64,000 nt of DNA from an uncultured archaeon (GCA_964392445.1 CAYMPD010000001.1:32001-96000); one strand, 5' to 3'; counted from the first letter of the stretch, positions 37,818-46,232 are shown. Made by a program: numbers and translations. Notes: a model not told the origin generated them from the sequence alone.

Positions 37818-38195
37818 ATGAAGCTAATAAACAAGACCAAAAATAAAGTAATCGCAACAAAAATAATAGTAAGGAAGAGCAGGATAGGGTTAATGTTAGG
37901 ACTGATCCCATACAAAACCAAAAACGAATACATCTACGATTATTTGAAGTTCAAAAAGTTCGGTAGAAAAGATGCTATGCTATTCAAAGTGAGAGGTAAA
38001 GGTGGGATTCATACATGGTTTATGAGTTTTCCGATAAGTGTTTTCTTCCTGGATAAGGATATGAAAGTAATTGATAAGGTTCAACTATATCCTTTTGAGA
38101 GATATAAACCAAAGAAAAGATATGAGTGTTTTGTTGAATTGGATGGTTCCTGGATAAATAAGATAAGGATTGGAGAGGAATTAGAACTAAAGTGA
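37818..38195 (+). CDS. DUF192 family protein
   Basis: 'GLMLGL', 'AMLF', 'IHTWFMSFPISVFFLD', 'FVEL'. Confidence 0.85.
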   Translation: MKLINKTKNKVIATKIIVRKSRIGLMLGLIPYKTKNEYIYDYLKFKKFGRKDAMLFKVRGKGGIHTWFMSFPISVFFLDKDMKVIDKVQLYPFERYKPKKRYECFVELDGSWINKIRIGEELELK

Positions 38196-38198
38196 GAG

Positions 38199-38417
38199 TT
38201 AATCCTTCAAACTTGGGAATCCTTCTAGGTTCTTTATATCGTAAATTTCGATTAGTTTTTTTCTGCCTTCCTTTGTTTTCGATAATTCCTTGTAAACTCT
38301 TTGGTGGTTTTGGAAAAGTGAGTTAATGAATTGGGTGTGAATCTTTCTCCACTTATCTGGGTTATTTCTAACAAATTCTGCCCATCTTTCTATTTGATCT
38401 TGATGTGTTTCCCTCAT
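38199..38417 (-). CDS. Small helical protein coupled to the nucleotidyltransferase-like gene
   Basis: 72 aa; 4-nt overlap with 38414..38971. Confidence 0.7.
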   Translation of the reverse strand: MRETHQDQIERWAEFVRNNPDKWRKIHTQFINSLFQNHQRVYKELSKTKEGRKKLIEIYDIKNLEGFPSLKD

Positions 38418-38971
38418 AATCTCAACTTCTTAATCATTTGTTTGATCTTTTTTACTTCTTCTTCTTTTACTTTATCCTTGTATACCCTCCTCAAATACTC
38501 GGCGTCTTCCAAGTCTTTGGGGGATTTTAATAAGTCTTCCTTAAAGGCTATATTCATGTTAATGGAACTAAACCATACATCTAAACCAGTTAAAGGTAAT
38601 TTTTCTTTTGTTTCGAATTGATAGTTATCAAGTTCATCCTTCGCGAATTTAAGTTCAATTTCGGGTAAAGGGTTATCTTCACGGGCATACCTCACAGGGA
38701 TATTACTATCCAAATAATCATAAATTTCTTCTAAATCAGGGCTTTGTATACAAGTAAATCCTTCTTCTACTAAATCTTTGTGTAATTTCTTAAAATTCTC
38801 ATAGCCCATTCTCCGTATTATTATGTCTATATCTTCTGTTCCCCGAGTTCTACCTGAGGCTATCACAACAAACCCAGACACTACTATGTACTCTACATGC
38901 TCCTCAAGTATTTCACAAAAATCGGAACAAAACTCATTCAATACATTCTTATCTGATATCTGCCTTTCCAT
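38414..38971 (-). CDS. Nucleotidyltransferase-fold protein
   Basis: 'YIVVSGFVVIASGRTRGTEDIDII' and C-terminal 'KDLED'. Confidence 0.75.
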   Translation of the reverse strand: MERQISDKNVLNEFCSDFCEILEEHVEYIVVSGFVVIASGRTRGTEDIDIIIRRMGYENFKKLHKDLVEEGFTCIQSPDLEEIYDYLDSNIPVRYAREDNPLPEIELKFAKDELDNYQFETKEKLPLTGLDVWFSSINMNIAFKEDLLKSPKDLEDAEYLRRVYKDKVKEEEVKKIKQMIKKLRL

Positions 38972-39015
38972 GATTATTACTAGAATTCCAGAAATTTATT
39001 CTTGAAAAGTGAGAG

Positions 39016-39642
39016 TTATTTCACTACTTTAACACTCTTAATTACAACATCTTCAGCAGGAACATTCCCGTACATACCTACATTGTGAGTTTTTACCTTA
39101 GCTATAGAATCAACAACGTCCATACCTTCAATCACTTTACCAAAAACAGCATAACCATAAGGATCATTACCTCCTGGATTAAGAAAATCATTATCAACTA
39201 GGTTAATGAAAAACTGGGAAGTTGCGGAATCAGGGTTGTTTGTCCTTGCCATTGCTATAGTGCCTCTTTCATTTGTTAGTCCACTGTCCTTGGCTTCGTT
39301 CTTGATAGTTGAGTATTTCGTTTCTTTTTCAGTCATTCCAGGTTCAAATCCTCCGCCCTGTATCATAAATCCATCTATCACTCTGTGAAAGATTAGTCCA
39401 TCATAAAACCTATTCTCGACATACTTGAGGAAATTCTCGGTTGTTTTAGGTGCTCTTTGTCCATCTAACTCCAAAACGATTGTCCCCTTATTCGTTACCA
39501 TCTCGACATTGACCATACCCGAAACTTTGTTGTTAGAAATATTAATTAGTTTGTAACCGAAAAATGTAAGAACCACCAAAATTGTTATTAAACCTAGTAT
39601 CAAATATTTTCTCTCTATCTGAATTTCCACTGACATGAACAA
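39016..39642 (-). CDS. Cyclophilin-type peptidyl-prolyl isomerase with N-terminal membrane anchor
   Basis: 'APKTTENF', '[13 protein letters not shown]', 'GTIAMART', 'SATSQFFIN', 'YAVFGKV'. Confidence 0.96.
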   Translation of the reverse strand: MFMSVEIQIERKYLILGLITILVVLTFFGYKLINISNNKVSGMVNVEMVTNKGTIVLELDGQRAPKTTENFLKYVENRFYDGLIFHRVIDGFMIQGGGFEPGMTEKETKYSTIKNEAKDSGLTNERGTIAMARTNNPDSATSQFFINLVDNDFLNPGGNDPYGYAVFGKVIEGMDVVDSIAKVKTHNVGMYGNVPAEDVVIKSVKVVK

Positions 39643-39676
39643 TATTTGAAAAATAGATTATTATTTTTTACCGAAA

Positions 39677-39778
39677 GTGAGAGTTAAACTAACAATTTTA
39701 GATTTAATTATTGCCTCTATAGGTCTTATTTTATTAGGACTAGGATATATAGACCAATGTAATTGTGTGAGTATTTGA
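39677..39778 (+). CDS. Putative 33-aa single-TM peptide starting inside the 13-mer motif
   Basis: GTG start; MRVKLTILDLIIASIGLILLGLGYIDQCNCVSI. Confidence 0.4.
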   Translation: MRVKLTILDLIIASIGLILLGLGYIDQCNCVSI

Positions 39779-39896
39779 TCAGGTGATAGACTGAAGGAAC
39801 CCAGATAGATTCCTTTTCAGGTCCCTGAAAAGGGGATTTATATAGTTTCATCACCACCAAAATGCTTAATTTAGAGGTCATGTATATATTTCTTGT

Positions 39897-40778
39897 ATGA
39901 AAATTGTTATTTTAGGCTCCCCAGAAAGGAGAAAAAAAGACTTAGAACTCCTGAAAGACGCAAAAGGGGTTTTTGATAAAGCTTTATATGTTTCAATAGA
40001 TTCCGTTAAGTTGGAGGTATCAGACGAAATGAAAGTATCCTTCGAAAAGACTGATCTTTCAGATTTCGACGTAATTCTCCCTGTGCCCACATATGAACAC
40101 AAAGAAACCTATTATATGTGTCTGAAAATTCTTGAAAAAAGTTGTTATGTTCCATACAAGAGCGATGATTTCTTTTTACTCTGGAACAAACCACTTTTAA
40201 TAAAGAAACTTCAAGAGAGTGATATTAACGTGAGGAAAACAGTTGTAGTCGCATCTAATTATATACCCGAAAATGCTGTAAAAGAATTGAAATTGCCTAT
40301 CATTGTTAATTCATATAAGGGGAAAGTTTTGGTCACCGACAAAAATACCCTTAAGGATGTTATGGATTTATTTAAAAAAGGTATAATGAATAGACTTGAG
40401 AAGCCTATATCGGCTAATAAGAGTATCTGGTGCTTTATTGTCGGTGACGAAGTTATTGGTTGTTATGAAAAAGTAGGTGATGAGAGAAAAAGAATGACTA
40501 AAGCCAGTTCGGATATTACTAAATTATCTAAAAGGATAAAATCCATTGTCAATACTGATTTCTGCATAATTAATTTCCTAGAAACTAAAGACAAAATAAT
40601 CGTAAAAAATATTAGTGTGACACCAGATTTCCCGTTGTTTGAAAAAATCACAGGTAAAAACCTAGGCTTGAGTTTACTAATTTATGTTAAAAGCCAGATT
40701 GAAGAAGAAAAACTTCCTTTTATAACGAAATTCATAATAGACGTTATGGATTTATTGAAAAGGTTGGTGAAACAATGA
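39897..40778 (+). CDS. Degenerate RimK-like ATP-grasp protein (probable pseudoenzyme)
   Basis: Paralogous to the downstream gene ('DLSDFD.ILP', 'NK'); lacks the GSxG loop and the ExN motif. Confidence 0.7.
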   Translation: MKIVILGSPERRKKDLELLKDAKGVFDKALYVSIDSVKLEVSDEMKVSFEKTDLSDFDVILPVPTYEHKETYYMCLKILEKSCYVPYKSDDFFLLWNKPLLIKKLQESDINVRKTVVVASNYIPENAVKELKLPIIVNSYKGKVLVTDKNTLKDVMDLFKKGIMNRLEKPISANKSIWCFIVGDEVIGCYEKVGDERKRMTKASSDITKLSKRIKSIVNTDFCIINFLETKDKIIVKNISVTPDFPLFEKITGKNLGLSLLIYVKSQIEEEKLPFITKFIIDVMDLLKRLVKQ

Positions 40779-41641
40779 AAATAGCGATATTGGGTAAAGT
40801 AAAAAGGAGTTACGAAGAAATAAAGATCATAAAAGAAGCGAAGAAAGTTTTTAACTCTGTTTTATATTTACCTATACCAGAAGCGAGGATAGAGATAAAT
40901 TCCGACTTCAGTGTTAAATTTAAGAACGAAGATTTGTCGGACTTTGACTGTATATTACCAAGGATTCCCCGAAGTTATAGGACATATGGATTCACGTTAT
41001 TGTCAGCTCTTAAAGGCAAAACATTTGTGCCAATAGAGCCAATGTCCTTGTTCAACTGTCATAATAAATTCCTAACCCTCATGATACTGAATGAAGAGGG
41101 TTTACCTGTACCTAAAACATTACTATCCGAAAAGAGAAAAATCATCGAGGATTCCTTGGATGAAATAGGTTATCCAGTTGTAATGAAACTTCTCTACGGT
41201 TCCATGGGGAAAGGTGTAATGTTTGCAGACGGCAAACAATCTGCTATAAGTTTCATGGACACACTTGAAAGATTCGACGAACCAATTTTCGTCGAGGAAT
41301 TTGTTCCAAATAATGGAGAGGATATTAGAATTTACATGGTAGATCATGAACCCATTGCTTGTATGAAGAGAGTGGCAAAAGAAGGGGAAAAAAGGTCTAA
41401 TATTGGGATTGGGGGAAAAGGGGAAAAGTACATATTGCCTGAAAAATACGAAGATCTGGTCCACAGTGCATCCAAGTCACTTGAAGCCAGGATTTGTGGC
41501 TTGGATTTGATGGAATCCAAGAAAGGACCCGTTTTTATTGAAGCTAATATCAACGCCCAATTCAAGGGACTAGAAGAAGCTACCAAAATCAACGTTGCAA
41601 AAATTATAATAGAATTTATGAAGAGCTGTGTGAAAGAGTGA
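40775..41641 (+). CDS. rimK: RimK family alpha-L-glutamate ligase
   Basis: 'NKFLTL..L...GLPVPKT', 'PVVMKLLYGSMGKGV', 'EEFVPNNGEDIR', 'RSNIGIGG', 'GLDLM', 'EANINAQF'. Confidence 0.9.
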   Translation: MKIAILGKVKRSYEEIKIIKEAKKVFNSVLYLPIPEARIEINSDFSVKFKNEDLSDFDCILPRIPRSYRTYGFTLLSALKGKTFVPIEPMSLFNCHNKFLTLMILNEEGLPVPKTLLSEKRKIIEDSLDEIGYPVVMKLLYGSMGKGVMFADGKQSAISFMDTLERFDEPIFVEEFVPNNGEDIRIYMVDHEPIACMKRVAKEGEKRSNIGIGGKGEKYILPEKYEDLVHSASKSLEARICGLDLMESKKGPVFIEANINAQFKGLEEATKINVAKIIIEFMKSCVKE

Positions 41642-41645
41642 AAGA

Positions 41646-42482
41646 ATGGATTTTCTTAGATTTAGTGACTTAAAATCAATGGATAGTTTTCTAGAGGAGA
41701 TTAGTGTCAAAAGAGAAGACAAAATGGAGTATTACAAATTTAGCAAGTTCGAGGAGAACAGAATTCTTTTTACAGCCGAGCACAGCAAAATCGTGAAATT
41801 TCAGACCTCTAAATTCCCAAGACCCAATTGTATCGAATTAGGTGATAGAAATACTGACAAAATCGCTAAACTGATGTCCTACAAACTTAAATCTGGGTAT
41901 CTTATTTTCGGGTACCCGAGAACGGAAGTTGATGCATCAAGATCTTTCAGAACTTTGGGTGGAGATGAAAAAATAAAGGCTGCAGTTACAAGAAAAAAAG
42001 AATTATTAGGAAAAGTGGATGTAAAGATACACCAAAATGAGAAATATTTGTCAAACCTTCAGAAATACCATTCTATAGTTGAAAAATCGAACCCTAAGAT
42101 AATAGCGTCCATCCATGGTATACAGAGGAGACACAAAAATGATGTAGTTTTTGGGTTAGGTGAGAATTCTGAGTATGTGGGTGGGGCGAAGGAAGAGAAA
42201 AGGTTAATGAATATACTCGAAAAAAATCTTGAAGAAAATGGTCAATCAGACTTGAAATTCAGAGTTTCAAAAAAATATTATACTGGTAAAAGGAATTTTG
42301 TTTTACATCGAAATATCCTCGAGTTCAATAGAAGTAATCCAGAAAAAAGGTACGGCATGCAGATAGAATTTAATAGGAGAACCAGAGTGGGAGATAAATC
42401 CAAAGAGTTCATAAAAAAGAAATATCAAATTGTATGTCAAATAATAGCGGATTCAATTTTAGAGTGGGGAAAACCTAAATGA
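41646..42482 (+). CDS. N-formylglutamate amidohydrolase / poly-gamma-glutamate hydrolase-like Zn-exopeptidase-fold protein
   Basis: 'LFTAEH', 'GDRNT', 'RTEVDASR', 'ASIHG', 'MQIEF' motif series. Confidence 0.5.
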   Translation: MDFLRFSDLKSMDSFLEEISVKREDKMEYYKFSKFEENRILFTAEHSKIVKFQTSKFPRPNCIELGDRNTDKIAKLMSYKLKSGYLIFGYPRTEVDASRSFRTLGGDEKIKAAVTRKKELLGKVDVKIHQNEKYLSNLQKYHSIVEKSNPKIIASIHGIQRRHKNDVVFGLGENSEYVGGAKEEKRLMNILEKNLEENGQSDLKFRVSKKYYTGKRNFVLHRNILEFNRSNPEKRYGMQIEFNRRTRVGDKSKEFIKKKYQIVCQIIADSILEWGKPK

Positions 42483-42667
42483 GTCGATCCAAATAGATTC
42501 CTATTCAGGTAAGGGACCCAAAGAAGCCTAGATGCTCAGAAATGATGGGATTATTTCAATGGAGGGTGTGAAAAAGTATTATGATAAAAAACCATGAGTA
42601 TCAAAAAAGTGAGAGTTAAATACAAAAAATTTAACTGATAAAACCAAATTAATTCAGAGGTGAGTTC

Positions 42668-43264
42668 ATGGGAGATGTATGGCAAAGGACATTATTTATG
42701 GTTAAACCTGATGGTGTTAAAAGAGGGTTAGTGGGAGAGTGTTTTAGAAGAGCAGAGAACGCTGGATTAAGTGTTATAGCAATGAAAATGATCCATCCAA
42801 CAAGAGAACAGGCGGATAGACATTATCCAAGTGAGGAAGATGATAAAGACTGGTTCCTAAAGGTAGCCGAGAAAGGAAGAAAAGGATACGAGAAAAGAGG
42901 TTTAGAATTTCCTTACGATGATATGGAATATGCCAGAAACATCAAAAAATGGTTAGTTGATTACTTATCTTCTGGTCCTGTTGTTGCTTCGGTTTTAGAA
43001 GGTCCAAATGCGATTAGTATGGTTAGGAAGATTTGTGGAGCAACGGAGCCTGCTCAAGCGGAAATAGGTACAATAAGGGGAGATTTCTCGGTTGATAGTT
43101 ACAAACTGGCAAATAAACTAGAAAGACCACTCAAGAACATAGTTCATGCAGCATCCAGTCCTAAAGACGCGGAGAAAGAGATTAAAGTTTGGTTTAGTGA
43201 AGATGAAATAATGGAATATAAGAGAGCGGAAGAAGGTGTGATGTTCGATCCAATCGAAAAGTGA
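42668..43264 (+). CDS. ndk: Nucleoside diphosphate kinase
   Basis: 'RTLFMVKPDGVKRGLVGE', 'GTIRGDF', 'NIVHAASS'. Confidence 0.96.
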   Translation: MGDVWQRTLFMVKPDGVKRGLVGECFRRAENAGLSVIAMKMIHPTREQADRHYPSEEDDKDWFLKVAEKGRKGYEKRGLEFPYDDMEYARNIKKWLVDYLSSGPVVASVLEGPNAISMVRKICGATEPAQAEIGTIRGDFSVDSYKLANKLERPLKNIVHAASSPKDAEKEIKVWFSEDEIMEYKRAEEGVMFDPIEK

Positions 43265-43274
43265 GACTTCACAG

Positions 43275-44195
43275 GGTAAAATCCTCGTCACTAGTTACAA
43301 AAATCCAGACTTAGACGGAACTGCATGTATGGTTGGTTATTCTGAATTGCTTAGAAAGAAAGGTGAGGATGCTAGTCCAGGTTATTTTGGAAATCTTCAA
43401 AGGGAGACTAAGTATCTTCTTAAGAAATTCCGTATCTCTAGACCTAAGAAGGGTGAGGATCTAATCGAAAAGTGTGATAAGGTTGTAGTAGTTGACAATG
43501 TTAACCCCATTGGTTTATCGGAAAAAATAGACCTTGAAAAGGTCGTGGAAGTTATCGATCACCATTATTCTGAAAAGAGACTTTTGAAAGAATATCCTAA
43601 TGCTAAAGGGGAGATAGAAGAGGTTGGAGCGGCAGCAACATTAATAGTTGAAAAGTATATGGAATCTGAAATACCGATCGACAGAGATCCTGCAATCTTG
43701 CTTTACAGTGGCATTATTTCCAATACCTTGAATTTCCAATCAAATACAACAACTGAAAGGGATAAGAAAGCTGCGAAATGGTTGAGAAAGTTAATTGATA
43801 TCCCTAAAACTTTTGCAAGAGATATGTTCGCCTCGAAATCGGATCTAAGTGATAAGAAAATTTATGATGTGTTAACTGGTGATTTGAAAGAACTGAAAGA
43901 TGATTCTCTTTATATTGCACAACTAGAGATAATTGATTTAGAAAAAACAGTGAGAGAAGGGAAAGAGGAAATAACCAAAGCGCTCAAGACGATTAAAAAA
44001 GAAAAAAGTGGAAAATATGTCTTCCTAACGGGAATGGATCTCGAGAAAGGATTCAATCTCTTTTTGGTAGTGGATGATAAAAGTAAGGAACTTCTTGAGA
44101 AAGCTCTAAATGTTAAATTTGTTAATAATATAGCCAGGCGAGAAGGATTAATCATGAGAAAGGAAATAATACCAATAATTGAAAAATACTTGTGA
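43275..44195 (+). CDS. ppaC: DHH-family (Mn-dependent) inorganic pyrophosphatase; N-terminus lacks a canonical start codon
   Basis: In-frame GKILVTSYKNPDLDG upstream of the track start at 43329; 'VVVVD', 'IDHH', 'GAAAT', 'GIISNTLNF', 'RK.IIP'. Confidence 0.85.
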   Translation, partial: GKILVTSYKNPDLDGTACMVGYSELLRKKGEDASPGYFGNLQRETKYLLKKFRISRPKKGEDLIEKCDKVVVVDNVNPIGLSEKIDLEKVVEVIDHHYSEKRLLKEYPNAKGEIEEVGAAATLIVEKYMESEIPIDRDPAILLYSGIISNTLNFQSNTTTERDKKAAKWLRKLIDIPKTFARDMFASKSDLSDKKIYDVLTGDLKELKDDSLYIAQLEIIDLEKTVREGKEEITKALKTIKKEKSGKYVFLTGMDLEKGFNLFLVVDDKSKELLEKALNVKFVNNIARREGLIMRKEIIPIIEKYL

Positions 44196-44198
44196 AAA

Positions 44199-44684
44199 GT
44201 GAGAGTTATGAAACCAGGTAAAGACTTCATTGGCTTAGGAGTAGGAGCAATAATACAAAACGAAAAGGACCAAGTCCTACTTCTTAAAAGACCAGATACA
44301 ATAACCCCTGATAGAACAACATCTGGAATGTGGTCAGTTCCTGGGGGTGAAGTTAAGTTTATGGAAAAAGTTGAAGATGCACTCAAACGAGAAGTGAGAG
44401 AAGAGATAGGAGTGGAAGTTGAAATAATTAAACCTATAGAATATCATGATCAGATACTAGATGAATCCCAAGTACACTGGCATTGTCAATCATTTCTTTG
44501 CAAAATTAAAGAGGGTAAACCTGAAATACATGAACCAAGTAAATGTGAGGATTTGAAGTGGTTTGATACTGATATTCTCCCCGAGAAGTGTGGTATAGCC
44601 CATATTGTTGTTCCTCTGTACAAGCTTGGCTGGATTAGTAAGAGTGAGTATGAAAGGAGATTAAGAAACACCCCCGAGAGTTGA
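44199..44684 (+). CDS. NUDIX hydrolase (start GTG 44199 or ATG 44208)
   Basis: Nudix box 'PGGEVKFMEKVEDALKREVREEIG'. Confidence 0.93.
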   Translation: MRVMKPGKDFIGLGVGAIIQNEKDQVLLLKRPDTITPDRTTSGMWSVPGGEVKFMEKVEDALKREVREEIGVEVEIIKPIEYHDQILDESQVHWHCQSFLCKIKEGKPEIHEPSKCEDLKWFDTDILPEKCGIAHIVVPLYKLGWISKSEYERRLRNTPES

Positions 44685-45223
44685 TTAGTATGGATATAGA
44701 AATTTTCAAGAAAAATAAAAAGTCTCTCCTAGTCATGGGAATTGGTATTATAATAGGGATGATCGGGCTTTTTCTGTTCCCAACTTTTCTAATCTTTACT
44801 ATTTTTCTTGTAGGTACTGGAATCTTAAACTTCGTACAGAGTAGGATGGAACTTCCATTTGACCTGACACCCTCCTTAGCTATCTTGATTCTCTTCTCGA
44901 TAAAATTAGGATTTCTTGAGGGGATGATATTTCTGATATTGGGTTCTATAATACCCGGGATACTGGGAGGGGGATTTAATCACATGACTTTATTTTTCTT
45001 CCTTTTAGCTATGGGTATAAGTTATCTGGGATCATCATCTTTAATTGGGGACTTGAGAATCTATGGTATTGTCCTTATTGTGATTCAAGGCGTCTTTAGT
45101 TATCTAATCATAAAGCTCTTTTCGGTTGATCCTACGGATATTTTATCTGTTTTTCTAGGGTTCTTTGTAAACATTAGTTATTTTTTAGTTTTAAGTGAGT
45201 TAATAGCGAGCGTATTGGTTTGA
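44681..45223 (+). CDS. Multi-TM membrane protein
   Basis: About six hydrophobic segments. Confidence 0.75.
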   Translation: MISMDIEIFKKNKKSLLVMGIGIIIGMIGLFLFPTFLIFTIFLVGTGILNFVQSRMELPFDLTPSLAILILFSIKLGFLEGMIFLILGSIIPGILGGGFNHMTLFFFLLAMGISYLGSSSLIGDLRIYGIVLIVIQGVFSYLIIKLFSVDPTDILSVFLGFFVNISYFLVLSELIASVLV

Positions 45224-45260
45224 ATGATACTTATTTCTTTATTTTCCTAAAAAGTGAGAC

Positions 45261-45446
45261 ATGAGTTATTGGTATTGTTTGGATTGCAGAAAAGTCGTGG
45301 ATACTTATATGGATATTTTCAAAGCTTTCTCGCTTTGCTGTAAAGAGTGTGGGAGTACTAGGTTGTTGAAATTGAATAAGATGGATGAGAAAGAGTTTGA
45401 TAAATTTGTTGAAGAATTCAAAAGGAAGACTGGGGAGGTTGAGTGA
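45261..45446 (+). CDS. Small zinc-ribbon protein
   Basis: 'YCLDCR...CCKECGSTRL'. Confidence 0.7.
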   Translation: MSYWYCLDCRKVVDTYMDIFKAFSLCCKECGSTRLLKLNKMDEKEFDKFVEEFKRKTGEVE

Positions 45447-45447
45447 A

Positions 45448-45852
45448 GTGAAGGTTTATGTTGCGTCTAGATTTAATAATCAGCAAAAAGTCAAAGAAAT
45501 TTATAGGGAACTGATTGAAAATGGGTTTGAAATAACTGTTGATTGGACCAAACATAAAAAAGTGAAGCCTTATGAAAAGAATCCTAAAATGTCTGAGAAA
45601 TATTCAAAGGAAGATATCGAGGGGGTAAAAGATTCTGATATTTTAATTTTGTTGACTACTGAAAACCCTGGTAAAGGCATGTTTGTAGAAATGGGGGCTG
45701 CTATAATAGTAAATATACTTACAGGAAAACCAAAGATTTACATAATTGGAGATTATAATAAACAATCCCTATTTTACTTTCATCCGAACGTTAAGCGCCT
45801 AAACACGATAGAAGATGTTATTGAAGACTTGAAGAAAAGTGAGGTTTCATGA
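45448..45852 (+). CDS. Nucleoside 2-deoxyribosyltransferase-like protein
   Basis: GTG 45448 gives MKVYVASRF; 'DIEGVKDSDILI', 'GKGMFVEMGAA'. Confidence 0.8.
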   Translation: MKVYVASRFNNQQKVKEIYRELIENGFEITVDWTKHKKVKPYEKNPKMSEKYSKEDIEGVKDSDILILLTTENPGKGMFVEMGAAIIVNILTGKPKIYIIGDYNKQSLFYFHPNVKRLNTIEDVIEDLKKSEVS

Positions 45853-46214
45853 CCAAAGAAATGACCTTAAAAGAACTCCAAAAGGTTCAGAAAGAGTTCG
45901 ATGAAAAATACTTTAGTAAATACTGGATTGATAAGGAAGATATAGATCAGAAGATTAACTTTCTCAAAGACATGGCCATAGCCTTAACAGGAGAATTAGG
46001 TGAATTCGCAAACATCATCAAAAAAGTGAGTAGGGACAGAAAGAATCTTGGTAAAGAACCTAATAAGGAAAATATCCAGAAACTCAAGGAGGAATTGACG
46101 GATTGTTTTATTTACCTTATAATCCTATCCAACATACTCGAAATGGACATAGAAAAACAGTATCTAAAGAAGACAAATCTAAATCACAAAAGATTTCAGA
46201 AGTACTTAAAATAG
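45849..46214 (+). CDS. MazG-like NTP pyrophosphohydrolase
   Basis: 'LTGELGEFANIIKK', 'EELTDCFIYL'. Confidence 0.9.
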   Translation: MTKEMTLKELQKVQKEFDEKYFSKYWIDKEDIDQKINFLKDMAIALTGELGEFANIIKKVSRDRKNLGKEPNKENIQKLKEELTDCFIYLIILSNILEMDIEKQYLKKTNLNHKRFQKYLK

Positions 46215-46232
46215 AAGTGGAAAAAGAAAAAA

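Larger units (their letters stand above)
37296..44208 (+). repeat. Dispersed polar 13-mer AAAGTGAGAGTTA, six exact copies
   Basis: Exact copies at 37296, 38189, 39006, 39674, 42606 and 44196; variants at 37807, 43258, 45251 and 45836. Confidence 0.85.

Noticed and set aside
37986-37998. One-mismatch motif copy AAAGTGAGAGGTA, and AAAGTGAG cores at about 20991 (- strand), 46023 and 49707
   Set aside because: All lie inside coding sequence and are explained by Lys-Val-Arg/Ser codons; not counted as junction motifs
39339-39352. CAGGTTCAAATCCT, identical to the T-arm of tRNA-like element 2
   Set aside because: It is the antisense of the conserved cyclophilin coding segment GGFEPG and has no flanking acceptor stem; coincidence
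37296-44208. 13-mer repeats interpreted as a CRISPR array
   Set aside because: The repeat is too short, spacing is irregular (about 0.7-2.9 kb) with whole genes between copies, and no cas genes are present
45385-45447. Track start of the deoxyribosyltransferase-like gene
   Set aside because: It overlaps the zinc-ribbon gene; GTG 45448 gives the family-typical MKVYVAS start
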